A DNA stretch of 63,978 nucleotides, the filler included, from Octopus bimaculoides (taxonomy: Eukaryota): the NCBI RefSeq assembly GCF_001194135.2. It is 7 parts of 7 records of this genome, joined end to end, with 100 filler letters (N's around TTAATTAATTAA, not from the genome) between each part and the next. Parts side by side here need not be neighbours in the genome. Positions count along the whole stretch, not along the records: positions 22,236 to 36,758 come from NC_068986.1; positions 36,859 to 57,792 come from NC_068987.1; 5 more parts are not named here. The stretch is one strand, 5' to 3'. The notes under the pieces are model-generated. The model was given only the letters and a program-made list of their open reading frames with translations, was not told the origin of the DNA and searched no databases. Shown piece by piece: positions 24,686 through 38,179 of the stretch (the first letter of the stretch is position 1; every line of letters starts with the position of its first letter). The position numbers and the translations under genes are program-made.

Positions 24686-25497
24686 TAACTATCAAATATT
24701 AACTGAAGGACCACTTAGATTAAGTATCACATATAGATTTCCATTTTACGCAGGGAAGAGGTTGACTGTAATTTCGAAGATGACCACTGTCACCAGTTAT
24801 CACCATTAGTTTGTAAAAGCTAACAATGATAAGAAACAAGACAAACTGTTCAAACGGTCAGATATAAAGAAATTGAAAAAGTGGTAATACTACACTATTT
24901 CCCCATCCCAAGTCACCAAAAATACCAAAGACCAAAAAATTGAAAAAGAGCCATCACAGTAAGAGATGACGTTATTCCCGAGAAATAAGCTATCTGTTGG
25001 TGGCTAAAAAATTATGTTCCGTATTCCATTTGTATGCTACGTACGATATTCCCTTTGTAATCTAGCTTACAGTATCCCTGTTGTAACCTGTAAACAACAG
25101 CTCACTCGTACCCATTCAGCATTTTCCCAGTTGTATTCTACAAACATCATGTTAGCTGTATCCTGTTAAAAAGTCATCCAATTGTATTTCACTAAAAATC
25201 TCCCAGGTAATCCATCTAATTATCTGCTCTTCGTTCAGTTCTTTAGTTTAGACCAGTTAGTTTTTAAGCAAGCAAGAATATGTTTCCCATTAAATCACTT
25301 TGCAGCTAAAAGAACAACTTCCGATCGTCTCGTGATTTATATGTTAATTTCCGGTTTCGAGACAATAAAAATCACCGGACGGGGATAATGGAAACGAGCA
25401 CCAATCTAATTTCAGACTCTTTTGAATCAGATCACGAAGACGATGACTTTCTAAGCTAATGCTTTACAATAAAATGTAAATCTAAGTCAATGCATCT

Positions 25498-25499
<2 letters not shown>

Positions 25500-25579
<80 letters not shown>

Positions 25580-25704
25580 NNNNNNNNNNNNNNNNNNNNN
25601 NNNNNNNNNNNNNNNNNNNNNNNNNNNNNNNNNNNNNNNNNNNNNNNNNNNNNNNNNNNNNNNNNNNNNNNNNNNNNNNNNNNNNNNNNNNNNNNNNNNN
25701 NNNN

Positions 25705-25778
<74 letters not shown>
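25500..25778. repeat. (GA)n microsatellite spanning a gap
   Basis: Visible. Confidence 0.95.
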
Positions 25779-25783
<5 letters not shown>

Positions 25784-26154
25784 TATGTCCCTTTGTTCTT
25801 CTGTAACATTTAACATAATTAAGTTTCACTCGGAATCAGAATTCATTCCTTACTTCTCCAGATATATTTTGAAAGCAATAAAATCTTAATTATATCACGA
25901 GTATTTAAATAAATCCTAAATTCATAATTTTCTCGTTTTCATTTCAGCACAAGGCTGCTCATTTACAAGGAAACAGAATGTGAAATATATATTTTTTTTC
26001 TCTTTTCGATCACATAAACAGCATAAATAAAATAAAATGGTTTCAACTGGCGATCGGGTCCATGCTCTTCTCTCTCCGAGAACTCAGTTCTTTCTCTTCG
26101 GTATTCACCTCTTAACGCATACTAAACTAACATCAATTATATTTGCATTGTGTT

Positions 26155-26570
26155 CTCTTTTATCTTTACTGCTTTCACTCATTAGGATGCGGCCATGCTG
26201 GACATCACCTTGAAGAATTTTAGTCGAGTTAATCGACCCCAGTACTTATTTTCTTTTTAAACCTGCAACTTATTCTATCAGTCTCGCTTACCGAATCGTT
26301 AGTAAATACGGGGACGTAAACACACCAACACCGGTTGTCAAGCGGTGGTGGGGGACAAACGCAGACACAGGGACACACTCACACATAGGTATATACATAT
26401 ACATATAGAACGAGCTTCTTTCAGTTTCTGTCTACCAAATCCACTCATAAGGCTTTGGCCGGCGCGAGTTTATACTAGAAGACACTTGCCCAAGGTGTTA
26501 TGCAGTAAGACTGAATCCGTAAGCATGTGGTTGAGAAGCGATCTTCTCACCACACAGCCATGCCTGCCTC
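26155..26570 (-). mobile_element. Near full-length SINE family B
   Basis: All modules present, ending CTCACCACACAGCCATGCCTGCC. Confidence 0.85.
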
Positions 26571-26834
26571 TCATCGTTGTTGTTTAGCACAAGTCAGCTT
26601 TCCAGCTGTGACCATTCCGTCTTTATTAAAGCGTCTTTTGTTTATAGGATTTTGTGTCTAAGAAACCACAAAGGAGGAAAAGGAAGGGCATACAAATTAA
26701 AAGATGTCGATTGACAGAAAGCTTAAAGGACTAAATATGATAGACCAGAGAACAACAAGACGATGGCAGTGAGTTCCATAGAGCAACAGTTCGAGAAAAG
26801 GAGCTGTTTGAATAAAAGGACTTATGACTAACAG

Positions 26835-27269
26835 GAAGCTCGACAGAGAAACGATGCACCCACAAGAGAGGAGCGGGTCATTAAATTATGTGTTCTTCCA
26901 TTTTTATGATAGTGAGGTGTGATTCGAGGGAGATTTAGCTGCTACTTTTAGCAGCTCTTTTGCAATACGTAGTTTTCTGGAAGCTCGACAGAGAAATGAT
27001 GCATCCAAAAGAGAGAAGCGGGTCATTAAATTATGTGTTCTTCCATTTTTATGATAGTAAGGTGTGATTCGAGGGAGATTTAGTTGCTATTTTTAGTAGC
27101 ACTTTTGCAACACGTAGTTTTCTAGCAGCTCGACAAAAAAACGATGCATCCAAAAGAGAGGAGCGGGTCATTAAATTAGGCGTTCTTCCACTTTTATGAT
27201 AGTAAGGTGTGATTCGAGGGAGATTTAGTTACTATTTTTAGCAGCTCTTTTGCAACACATAGTTTTCTC
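26835..27269. repeat. Three tandem 145-bp units
   Basis: Units start at 26835, 26980, 27125 with G(A/C)AGCTCGACA..AAA(C/T)GATGCA..CA.AAGAGAG.AGCGGGTCATTAAATTA; high identity by eye. Confidence 0.92.
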
Positions 27270-27782
27270 AATAACCAGTTGGCGTATTAAACACCAGGGG
27301 TTTGGGGTTAGTTAGCTCCTTATAAAGTGCATTGATTTTAGTTACTGAGAAGATTTGACGTTGTTTCTCTCTAAAACATTTTGGCAGTAAACTGCACAAT
27401 TCATAACAAACCATGGTTTCGTTGATGATGAACAATCTCTTTTTCTAGGATTTTATTTGCTTTAACCCATGATAATACGATAGCACCGATTAGTTTGGGT
27501 TTATTAAAAGTTAAACAAAAACACAGACACAAAATTGGTCAACGTCAACAGACGAATGATTTGAAATAGAAAGAAAGCGCCCGTGAAAATGCATAGTAAT
27601 GAAAAATTCGAAACGGACCCAGTGGTCTTTTATCACGATTTTTTTCTAAAAGCCACATATAAGACATAAACCGGGGGCAATGAAAAGTAATGTTAAATTA
27701 ATGTGAACGTTCTATAAAGATCAAGATACGACGGTCGGAAATGATGAAACGTTGGAAAGTTCCAACATATTCAAACAGTAAC

Positions 27783-28480
27783 TATTTCAAACCTTGGCAC
27801 AAGGTCATCAGTTTTAGGAGAGGGGTTTCGTCAATTACATCGACTCCTGTACTTGAATGGTACTAATTTTTTAGACCCTGAAAAGATGATATGCAAAGTT
27901 GACCCTGGCGGAATTTGAATTCAGAAAGTCAAGACTGGAAGAAATACCACTAAGTATTTGGTCCGATTCTTCCAGCTCACTGCCTTTAATTGTTCCAAAT
28001 TTTAGCACAAGGCCAGCAATTTTAGGGAAGGGGTGATTCGATTACATCCTCCACCAATACTCAAATGGTATATGTTTTATCGATCCTTCATCGATGAAAG
28101 ATAATGTCGACCTCAGCGGGATTCGAACCATATTTCTAATAATAATTAGAAAGAGTTCAAATTTTGGCACAAGGCAAGCAATTTTAGGGGAGAGGATAAG
28201 TCGATTACATCGACTCCAGTGATCCACTGGGTATTTATTTTATCGATTCTGAAAGGATGAAAGGCAAAGACAGGAAGAAATGTCGCTAAGAATTTAGGCG
28301 GACGCGCTAACGATTCCCAGCTCATCGCTTTTAATTGTTTCAGATTTTAGAACAAGGTCAGCAGTTTTAAGAAAGGGGTTGAGTCGATTACATCGAACCC
28401 AGTTTTCAAGTGGTATATATCACATCGATTCTAGATGGATGAAAGACAATGTCGACTTCGATGGGATTTGAAAAATATTT
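27783..28480 (-). mobile_element. Four head-to-tail degenerate SINE family A copies
   Basis: Units ~27783-27985, 27990-28130, 28155-28330, 28335-28480, each starting (plus strand) ATTTT(G/A)G(C/A)ACAAGG. Confidence 0.8.
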
Positions 28481-28857
28481 CAAATAATCATAACAAGAGA
28501 GGGGAATAGACATACTAAAAGCTTTAAAAGTCGCTGGTGGTCCAGTCGACAGAGTACCGGTGGATCAGTTCACAACTTGTTTTCTGTCACATAGCTTTCA
28601 ATAACTGCGGATTACACTAGTAAATTAGATTGTTTTTGTGTGGTCGCAGATCTGGTTTTTCAGGTGTACTACTCCTCTCGTTTTGCAGAGAGCCACAATA
28701 CACACTCCATCATGCAGTTATGAATCGTATGCGGAAGTGTGGAAGTTTGAACATATTGCACCCTATCCCGTGTCCAGGCTGTTTTTTGTACGAGCACAGA
28801 ATCTTGAGATGGCCACAGTAGAAGTGAACAATTTGAATAGGCGAGTTGGGAAAATAT

Positions 28858-29070
28858 TAATTTCAAATTTTGGCACAAAGCCAGGAATTTTGGGGGATAG
28901 GCAAGTCGATTACGTCGACCCCAGTGCTCAACAGGTACTTATTTTACCGATCCCGAAAGGATGAAAGGTACAGTCAACTCTGATAGAATTTGTACTTAGA
29001 ACACGAAGACGGATGAAATGCCGTTAAGTATTTTGCTCGGCGGGATGACGATTCCGCCAGCTTGTCGCCG
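28858..29070 (-). mobile_element. SINE family A
   Basis: TTTTGGCACAAAGCCAGGAATTTTGGGGG...GTCGACCCCAGTGCTCAAC...GACGATTCCGCCAGCTTGTCGCC. Confidence 0.85.
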
Positions 29071-30008
29071 CGGGTTCAGAAAACATTACTGTCACGAATA
29101 TACTTCGTTCGACTGGCAATTAAAAACATAATTATCATGCTTGCTTTCTTGGCATAATATATTTTGGATTACTATATTTGGAATATTTATTCATTTTTAA
29201 GATGAAAGGGTATTATTTAACTGCATTGACTGTATTATTTAACTGCAGGTAATAGAAGTTGGTATAGTTAACTACTGTGTACGGTAGTGTCACTGTAAAC
29301 ACAAAGATATCTCATGACATGCTGTAATCCATTGAATTCTATTTTCTACGAGGTTATGGCCAAAAGGATTAGCTCCTGCAAAACACATCTGTGTATGAGG
29401 GAGATCCCTATGTGACCCGAGCACAAAAATGCGTTAAGGGCACACGTGTCTGTGGAGTGCTTAGCCACAGGCTGTGCTATTGATTGAATATCTAAAATAA
29501 GTCATAGGAGCATATAACAAAATCATACAAAACTAAGAAGCTAGTTGTGGAGGGTCAATATTGTTGCAGGCATCACTTATAAAAATAATAAGCAACACTT
29601 AATTGACTCTAACTCGATCTTGTTTTTTTTGTTGTTGTTTTTTTTAATTGTTTCATTGGTTTATCGTATGACATCAAAATATTCTGAAATATATTAACTT
29701 TCTTACAACAAAGCGCTTTGCATAGGAAATTTCTTCAGACCGTGTGTACGCACACAATGATAAACGTATGTGTGAGCACCTGTATATGTGAATGTTCGTG
29801 AGTGTGTTTATGTGTTCACATGTGTGTGCGTGTGTGTGAGAGAGAGAGAGAGACAGAGACAGTGGGTGAATTTGAGTGTATGTGTAGATGGAGCGTGTAT
29901 ACGTTACCTGCGTGTGTGCGTGCTTCACGTGTTGTGTGTGTATGAATGCGTATATGGCTAGGTGTGAATACTAGGCGTGAGAGAGAGAGAAAGAGAGTGC
30001 GTGTGTGT

Positions 30009-30042
<34 letters not shown>

Positions 30043-30832
30043 GTGTGTATGAGTATATTCGTTGGGTGTATTACTTGTGCGCAGAGACGCATGTGTGGTC
30101 AGTAGGATTTTAAATTAATACATATTTTATAGCTTATTATAATACTGAAATGACAGTATTATACATACAAAGCACGCATGCTCACGCACACACATACATT
30201 GTATATTTACATATGAGAGAGAGAGAGAGGGGGGAGAAAGAATGAAAGTGAGAGAAAGAGAGAGAGGAAGAAGGAAATAAGAAGGAAAGAAGGGAAACAA
30301 GAAGAGATAATAGATCAAAGAAAGCACATAGAAACCGAATGAACGGAGAGAGGAACCAGAGTGAGCAAGAGATTATAGATAGACAGATAGATAGATAGAT
30401 CGAGAGAAAGAGAGAGGGAGAAAAAGAAATGTGATCATCGCTTAGATAAACCATTTATTTTGATTCATTCCATTTTTTTTTACACACCGAAACTTATTTT
30501 CCTCTTACCAGCTTATTTCCAATACTTTAATATCAACATTCCGATAAACGAGTTCTACTTCTTCCCAATAAGTTACCGACCAGGTTTTTATCTCGTACAC
30601 AATGTGTCAACAATTGCTATTAACTCAATTATTTTACAAGTAACATTATTCCAATTTCTGCTCTTCCTTTATATGCTTTCTAAACGTTTCCTGATCGTTC
30701 TTTTACCTATACCAAATATACGACCCGTGAACGCATCCAGACAGCGTCAATGTTTAGACCAGTTCCCAGTTTAATTTCATAAATTATATTTTTTAAAAAT
30801 ATTCTATAAAATATATAACTTTTTTTTTCATG

Positions 30833-30938
30833 GCGGCGAGCTGGCAGAAACGTTAGCACGACGGGCTAAATGCTTAGCGGTATTTCGTCTGTCTTAACGT
30901 TCTGAAGTCAAATCCCGCCGAGGTCGACTTTGCTTTTT
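30833..30938 (+). mobile_element. SINE family A 5' half
   Basis: GGCGGCGAGCTGGCAGAAACGTTAGCACG...CCGCCGAGGTCGACTTTGCTTT. Confidence 0.85.
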
Positions 30939-31149
30939 GGGCTGAAGTGAAAATAATCTTTTTGTATATGGAACAAGTAATTATTATTTGCCTGTCGTGG
31001 TACTTAAATGAGAATGAGATGTAAGGTGACAATGTTTTTGAGATTCCGGTTCGAATGACATGAGTGTTTTTGTTTCACTTTTTGACACGTAATACTTAAA
31101 TAGCGGACGAGATATGATGTTGCTGTGGGCTGGAAGTATGGAAGAAGTT

Positions 31150-31290
31150 AAATTTTTTTTTGACTAAAACACAACCGGGACCCTAAGTAAGGCATATGTA
31201 AAATTTGAATGAAATTGGTTGTGTAGTTCTGGAGTTTTAGGAATTCACACACACACACACACACACACACACTTTTAAATATATATATAG
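31150..31290 (-). mobile_element. Helitron-like non-autonomous 5' end
   Basis: Minus strand CTATATATATATTTAAAA(GT)n..CAACCAATTTCATTCAAATTTTACA; same layout as the Helitron 5' ends at 60446/60675. Confidence 0.5.
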
Positions 31291-32758
31291 GTAGATTATA
31301 AGTATTCTTTTTCATTGGTTGAAATAACAAATGAATCTCTTAGGTGCACTGACTAATCGACTGGCCCCCTCCTCACAAATTTCAGGCCTTGTGCCTAGAG
31401 TAGAAAAGAATATTGAAAGGTTTTGTAGCTGAACATATGCAAACTTTTAGTCAAGTATTGGACGTCTTAAGAAATGTAAGCATTCAATGAGGCAATTTTC
31501 ATCTCTTTCTCACTCAAAGGATTCTTATTTGGTAATACTTAATATATACCACGTGGATGAGGGTTCCTCACACACCTCTGTACACGAACATTGCTAACGG
31601 CTCATATTTTGAACTATGTAGCTAATAAAGCTATTAAAATATATATTAGCCCAGTCATCCATGTATCTTGGGATTAATAGGGTTTTTAGGGATAATTGTG
31701 CGTATATGCTCACCAGATTTAGTTTATACTTCAGTCTGTCCCGCCTAATATGAACAAGTTGAAGATCCTGACTTAAGCCATATTTCTTTCCATGTCTGTA
31801 ATAACTAATGTAAATGTTATCGATAGGCCTGTCCAGCCATTGCTGCAATCGACATAAGCGTCAACACTAGTGATACAAGCGCTATCCTTATCATTGTTAC
31901 CACCATTCATTAGTATCACAGTTTTTATGCAACCCAAACTCTAGATCACTTCTACCTATCAACACTGGTTTTGACGCAGCTTATTTTCAACTGTACTGAA
32001 GCTTAAAACAAAAAAAAAAAAAGAGAAAACGTTATTTATAACTTATGTCACGTTAGAATTAATCCAGTCAGCTTATTTAGTGTGAAATCTTTAAGGACTC
32101 CAATGCGGGTCGAGCTGAAGATATTGTTACATTCTTCAAGTTCGTTTTAGTCATTAGATACAGTTAACATACTTTGGTTGTTGTTGCCTANNNNNNNNNN
32201 NNNNNNNNNNNNNNNNNNNNNNNNNNNNNNNNNNNNNNNNNNNNNNNNNNNNNNNNNNNNNNNNNNNNNNNNNNNNNNNNNNNNNNNNNNNNNNNNNNNN
32301 NNNNNNNNNNNNNNNNNNNNNNNNNNNNNNNNNNNNNNNNNNNNNNNNNNNNNNNNNNNNNNNNNNNNNNNNNNNNNNNNNNNNNNNNNNNNNNNNNNNN
32401 NNNNNNNNNNNNNNNNNNNNNNNNNNNNNNNNNNNNNNNNNNNNNNNNNNNNNNNNNNNNNNNNNNNNNNNNNNNNNNNNNNNNNNNNNNNNNNNNNNNN
32501 NNNNNNNNNNNNNNNNNNNNNNNNNNNNNNNNNNNNNNNNNNNNNNNNNNNNNNNNNNNNNNNNNNNNNNNNNNNNNNNNNNNNNNNNNNNNNNNNNNNN
32601 NNNNNNNNNNNNNNNNNNNNNNNNNNNNNNNNNNNNNNNNNNNNNNNNNNNNNNNNNNNNNNNNNNNNNNNNNNNNNNNNNNNNNNNNNNNNNNNNNNNN
32701 NNNNNNNNNNNNNNNNNNNNNNNNNNNNNNNNNNNNNNNNATATATATATATACATAC

Positions 32759-32807
<49 letters not shown>

Positions 32808-32829
32808 TATACACACACACACATATATA

Positions 32830-32975
32830 CGACAAGCTTTCACGTATTTTCATTTACCAAATTCACTCAGAAGGCATTGGCCGATTATGGTAGAAGACAC
32901 TTGTCCAAAGTACCGCGTAGTGAGGCAGAACCCGAAACCAGGGAAGTACAAAGCTAGCTTCTTAACTGCACACCC
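32830..32975 (-). mobile_element. SINE family B 5' half
   Basis: GACAAGCTTTCAC..TTTACCAAATTCACTCA.AAGGCATTGGCCG...GAAGACACTTGTCCAAAGTACCGCGTAGTGAG.CAGAACCCGAAACC. Confidence 0.75.
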
Positions 32976-33205
32976 AAAATATGTGATCTTTACATGTTTG
33001 TTATTAAGCATAAGATATTAAAGTATACACACATACACAAACAGCAATACGGTTATGCATTAAAACAAGAACTAAATACTTGGTGAAAGTTGAACATTTC
33101 TAACAGCATCTCATCTTAATATACTAATATACATCTTAATATACTTAATATACATCGAACAAACACATTTCGATCTAGTTAACTCGAGGTATAATAGCTC
33201 AAATA

Positions 33206-33492
33206 GGAGGTGCAATGGCCCAGTGGTTAGGGCAGCGGACTCGTGGTCATAGGATTGCGGTTTCGATTTCCAGACCGGGCGTTGTGATTGTTTATTGAGT
33301 GAGGCTCCGGCAGGGGATGGTGGCGAACCCTACTGTACTCTTTCACCACAACTCTCTCACTCTTACTTCCTGTTTTTGTTGTGCCTGTATTTCAAAGGGT
33401 CAGCCTTGTCACACTGTGTCACGCTGAATATCACCGAGAACTACATTAAGGGTACACGTGTCTGTGGAGTGCTCAGCCACTTGCACGCTAAT
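33206..33492 (+). mobile_element. SINE family D (tRNA head + body)
   Basis: GGAGGTGCAATGGCCCAGTGGTTAGGGCAGCGGACTCG..GGTTTCGATTTCCAGACCGGGCG; the head matches the reverse complement of 53996-54147. Confidence 0.85.
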
Positions 33493-36114
33493 NNNNNNNN
33501 NNNNNNNNNNNNNNNNNNNNNNNNNNNNNNNNNNNNNNNNNNNNNNNNNNNNNNNNNNNNNNNNNNNNNNNNNNNNNNNNNNNNNNNNNNNNNNNNNNNN
33601 NNNNNNNNNNNNNNNNNNNNNNNNNNNNNNNNNNNNNNNNNNNNNNNNNNNNNNNNNNNNNNNNNNNNNNNNNNNNNNNNNNNNNNNNNNNNNNNNNNNN
33701 NNNNNNNNNNNNNNNNNNNNNNNNNNNNNNNNNNNNNNNNNNNNNNNNNNNNNNNNNNNNNNNNNNNNNNNNNNNNNNNNNNNNNNNNNNNNNNNNNNNN
33801 NNNNNNNNNNNNNNNNNNNNNNNNNNNNNNNNNNNNNNNNNNNNNNNNNNNNNNNNNNNNNNNNNNNNNNNNNNNNNNNNNNNNNNNNNNNNNNNNNNNN
33901 NNNNNNNNNNNNNNNNNNNNNNNNNNNNNNNNNNNNNNNNNNNNNNNNNNNNNNNNNNNNNNNNNNNNNNNNNNNNNNNNNNNNNNNNNNNNNNNNNNNN
34001 NNNNNNNNNNNNNNNNNNNNNNNNNNNNNNNNNNNNNNNNNNNNNNNNNNNNNNNNNNNNNNNNNNNNNNNNNNNNNNNNNNNNNNNNNNNNNNNNNNNN
34101 NNNNNNNNNNNNNNNNNNNNNNNNNNNNNNNNNNNNNNNNNNNNNNNNNNNNNNNNNNNNNNNNNNNNNNNNNNNNNNNNNNNNNNNNNNNNNNNNNNNN
34201 NNNNNNNNNNNNNNNNNNNNNNNNNNNNNNNNNNNNNNNNNNNNNNNNNNNNNNNNNNNNNNNNNNNNNTATATATATATATGTATATATATACATACAC
34301 ACAAATAGATTTGTAGATAGATAGATAGATATTACGCTTTTAGTCTGACAGTAATTCTGCCGCGAAACATTTTTTGTAACGCACGACCATTTCTCTAAAG
34401 GTCATGAATAGATCTTGGTATTTAACTCTCATTTGTACTATGTCCTACACATAGAATTAAGTTCCTTATTGAAGGATACTTAATCCGAAAATGCGAGGGC
34501 AATGATTTATCTACTCACACATCCTCCCCTCCTAGGTAGACTGGATACTTATTATTCGTTAATTTTGTTTTCTAGTAGATTAATATGTGACCATCGAGTA
34601 TTTGTACCGCATTGCTAGATTTGAAGAATAATGAGAGAAGCTAAAAGCAGCGTGTTTTTTTTTTCCTGTTGCTAAGACGAGAGAGAAACTGAGTGAAGTT
34701 TGTATAGCTTAAGTTTCTTTTGACGCTGGCAACACAAAATACTTTAAGAAACCAATTTGGCGCGTGAAAGCTAAGTATTCAGAATTAGGAACTCCTTGAT
34801 ATCATCAATACAATATACTGGATTAACGTTCATGTACCGAGAGCATCAACTAATGAATAAAATTAGAGAGTATGGCAGAGGACTTGCTTCTTAATGATGA
34901 AATCGTTCCTAACTTTATCAAATTTTATTTCGCGGAACATTCGCGTAATTAATGTTTTTCTTAGATTTTTTCTTTCTTCTTGCTTCATTGGCGAACAATT
35001 AGATAGTGCTCAATTGAAGAACATCCAAGATTTCCACCTGCAGCTGCTGCTGCAGCAACTACTACTTCTACTACTATCTAATTATTTTTCGGTATTTCTT
35101 GTCGCTGCTTAATTCTGTGATATTTTTTGTTTTGTTTTGTTTTGTTTTGTCTGCCTCCGCTCTTCAAAGAACAAATCTGACGTGACAATAATTTTTAGAT
35201 AACAGGATCATTTAAACCAGAATCGTAAATCTGTTATCATGGAAGGTTGAGCTCTATTGGTTACCAAATCAAGGAATTTGAACGTGACTATAAATGATGC
35301 AAATATTTGCTTAAATCCTATCTTTCACGTTCGATATTCAAGCGACGAAATATACAGTATTTTTCAGTTTGATAATTTTCCATTTCAGTCCAACCAGTAT
35401 TTGACAAAATAGAGGTTCATAATCTTTTTTCTTTAGTTTCAGCTCAGAGCTGCGACCATACTGATGCACCGATGTTTTGTGAAAAACAATTTATTCCCCA
35501 TCTTTTTAAATATGAATGTGACGCCACCAAAAATGAACAATATTATCGTTAAAGGCGTGAAGTTGTAAGGATTTTTTGGAATGATAACTGATGAGGAATG
35601 AGCGCGTTCATATCTTGTGCGTATTTTCCGTTCGTTCCTGTGCCGTGCTTCTGTTTAATTTTTGAAACTTATTGTGTGTGTGTGTGTGCGTGTGTATTTC
35701 TGATGCGACACTATTCTATCACTATCTCTATTCTCTCTTCTTCTTCCTCTTTCTTTTTTCTCTCCCACCCATTCTCTAATTCTTCTGCTCCCTTTCACCG
35801 TTCTCTATCTGTTCCTATCTCTCCCTCACTCTTCCTCCTTGACTCTCTCGTTGCTCACACGTGACCGGCAGCTATCTTTGTTTTAACTTGAATTTCTTTC
35901 TTTCTTCTCCTTACGCTACAAGGGAGAGCACGCTTTTTTGTCTGTCTCCTGTCAAAGCTTGTTTCTCCAGCGTTTACCAATTCACGACGTTATGGCTTAT
36001 CACCCCTTACCTTTTGTTTTAATTGTCCTGCTTTTTTTTACCAGCTTTAACCCTCTGCAAATCCCAAATTTTCTTTAATTTGCTTTGCGGGAACGACTGT
36101 TTGACCATAGGTTG

Positions 36115-36228
36115 ACAAATAGAATAAGTACTTGGCTTACAAAGAATAAGTCCCGGGGTCGATTTGTTCGACTAAAGGTGGTGCTCCAGCATGGCCGCAG
36201 TCAAATGACGGAAACAAATAAAAGAATA
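36115..36228 (+). mobile_element. SINE family B 3' end
   Basis: ATAGAATAAGTACTTGGCTTACAAAGAATAAGTCCCGGGGTCGATTTGTTCGACTAAAGGTGGTGCTCCAGCATGGCCGCAGTCAAATGACGGAAACAAATAAAAGAA. Confidence 0.85.
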
Positions 36229-36473
36229 GCGTTTTGTCAGTTTTTGAAACAATTGGTTTAACCCACAATAGCTGAGCATAGGTAAGACTTAAAGTATTTC
36301 AGTTTTGATCAAATACGTTTTATTTATTAGCTTTTTTTTTTGCCTACCTAGATTTACAATAGCTAGTGTGTCCTTCATTTTTAAAGACAGCAGTCTATGA
36401 TTTGATGGTATTCGGCTTCAATTACTAGCAAGTCGAGGGGACCGTGTGAATAATTCTTCTGAGGCTCTAGTGT

Positions 36474-36550
36474 GTATATATATATATATACATACATACA
36501 TACATATATATACATATACATATATATACATATATATATATACATACATA

Positions 36551-36584
<34 letters not shown>

Positions 36585-36687
36585 CATACATACATATACA
36601 TACATACATATACATACATATACATACATATACATATACATACATATACATACATATATTTATATATAGATATCTATATAGATATAT

Positions 36688-36758
<71 letters not shown>

Positions 36759-36858
36759 NNNNNNNNNNNNNNNNNNNNNNNNNNNNNNNNNNNNNNNNNN
36801 NNTTAATTAATTAANNNNNNNNNNNNNNNNNNNNNNNNNNNNNNNNNNNNNNNNNNNN

Positions 36859-36890
<32 letters not shown>
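36474..36890. repeat. Compound (TA)n/(TACA)n microsatellite
   Basis: Visible. Confidence 0.95.
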
Positions 36891-36892
<2 letters not shown>

Positions 36893-37514
36893 GTGAGTAC
36901 ATGTATGTGTAATTGTACATCATGCATATACATGGAAACACACTGAATTACTCATGCACATCTCTCTGACAGCTATATATGATGTATATATGTTATTAGA
37001 ATTACTAGCTCATGGATTCAATGTGTAAGAATATTCCACAGATGCATGTACTCTTTAAGCAATACCCAACGCAAATCATCAAGACACGGCGTTTGACATA
37101 GCCATACCTTTGCAATTGTATGTACAATCTATCCGATAGGTCTCGTCAAGCCAATTTCATTGAGGATGCTTTAGTCGACCCGCAGCTGTAGAAAACAGTA
37201 GTTACCCTGAATGCCACACACCAAGATCGAGCTCGAGACCTCATTTCAAGAGGAAATTCTTCCATAATCATCCAGATTGAGTTTACATACGCGTACACAT
37301 ACATGCGCGCGCGTACGTAAACTATGATGTGCTCTCACATGCACATGCATAAATACATATATATACATGCATAACATAACATAATATATCATAACACGTT
37401 CATTGGTTCTCACATTACTTTCGAAGTTTCGAAGGTACAGAACAGAGGAATATCTTCAAATTTTGGACTTAGGATTTAGAGAATTTAGAAGAAATTTAAT
37501 GTTTCATCACTGTG

Positions 37515-37700
37515 AACCAATATCGCAGTGAAGATGACGTCATATTTGCTGTTGATGACTTTCTTGAGCGACAGGATCAAAGCTTCTTCATCAAAGAGAT
37601 TCAAGCAATGAAACAACGATAAAAGAGGTTTGTTGATCGCAAGTAGGACTACGTTGAAAAACAAACCTCGTTTGGTTACATTCCATGAGAGTGTCTTCTC
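37515..37700 (+). mobile_element. Mariner transposase C-terminal relic
   Basis: Translates NQYRSEDDVIFAVDDFLERQDQSFFIKEIQAMKQR*KRFVDRK*DYVEK, matching mariner C-termini (..RW.KC...GDYVEK) with stops. Confidence 0.8.
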
Positions 37701-38114
37701 AGTTGGGAAAAACATCGAATTGAAGGATGTCATTGTATACTACTACTACTACTAACAAGCCTAATTCAAACTAATAGCAGGGAAAATTCCTCTTCGAACA
37801 ATGTCATACTTATATGCCCTGAAGAAATCGTATTAATAATGCACAAATTGCTGCATATAAATATGCAACAATATGCAGTTAGTGCGATCGAAACAAGTGT
37901 CAGACGATTGTTATGAATAAACTAACTAAAAATAAACTTTAAATGTTCAAATTCTTCATTCTTATTATCAATATTGTACTTTACACTCTAGCCTCCAAGA
38001 AATATACTAACATTAATTGGGAGCCAAAGGGAATTTATCAAAAAACGCACCAGCTGAAGGAACCAGCCTTACTCTGAAAAATTCGGTATCTCCTGGATAT
38101 TATATCCCTCCTCT

Positions 38115-38179
<65 letters not shown>

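Noticed and set aside
25330-25460. Acidic tail DSFESDHEDDDFLS* suggestive of a transposase end
   Set aside because: No upstream catalytic motifs or TIR recognised.
26835-27269. CRISPR-like array interpretation of tandem repeats (also 22684-22818, 10521-10603)
   Set aside because: No unique spacers between repeats, no cas genes, and a eukaryotic context.
28630-28964. 108-aa ORF / THAP-like 'AICSNFH' on the opposite strand
   Set aside because: ORF extends into a SINE; the THAP C2CH signature is incomplete.
31594-31848. Minus-strand 'DRLKYKLNLVSIYAQ' resembling a LINE AP-endonuclease motif
   Set aside because: Single weak motif; the flanking GDFNA-type motif is not convincingly present.
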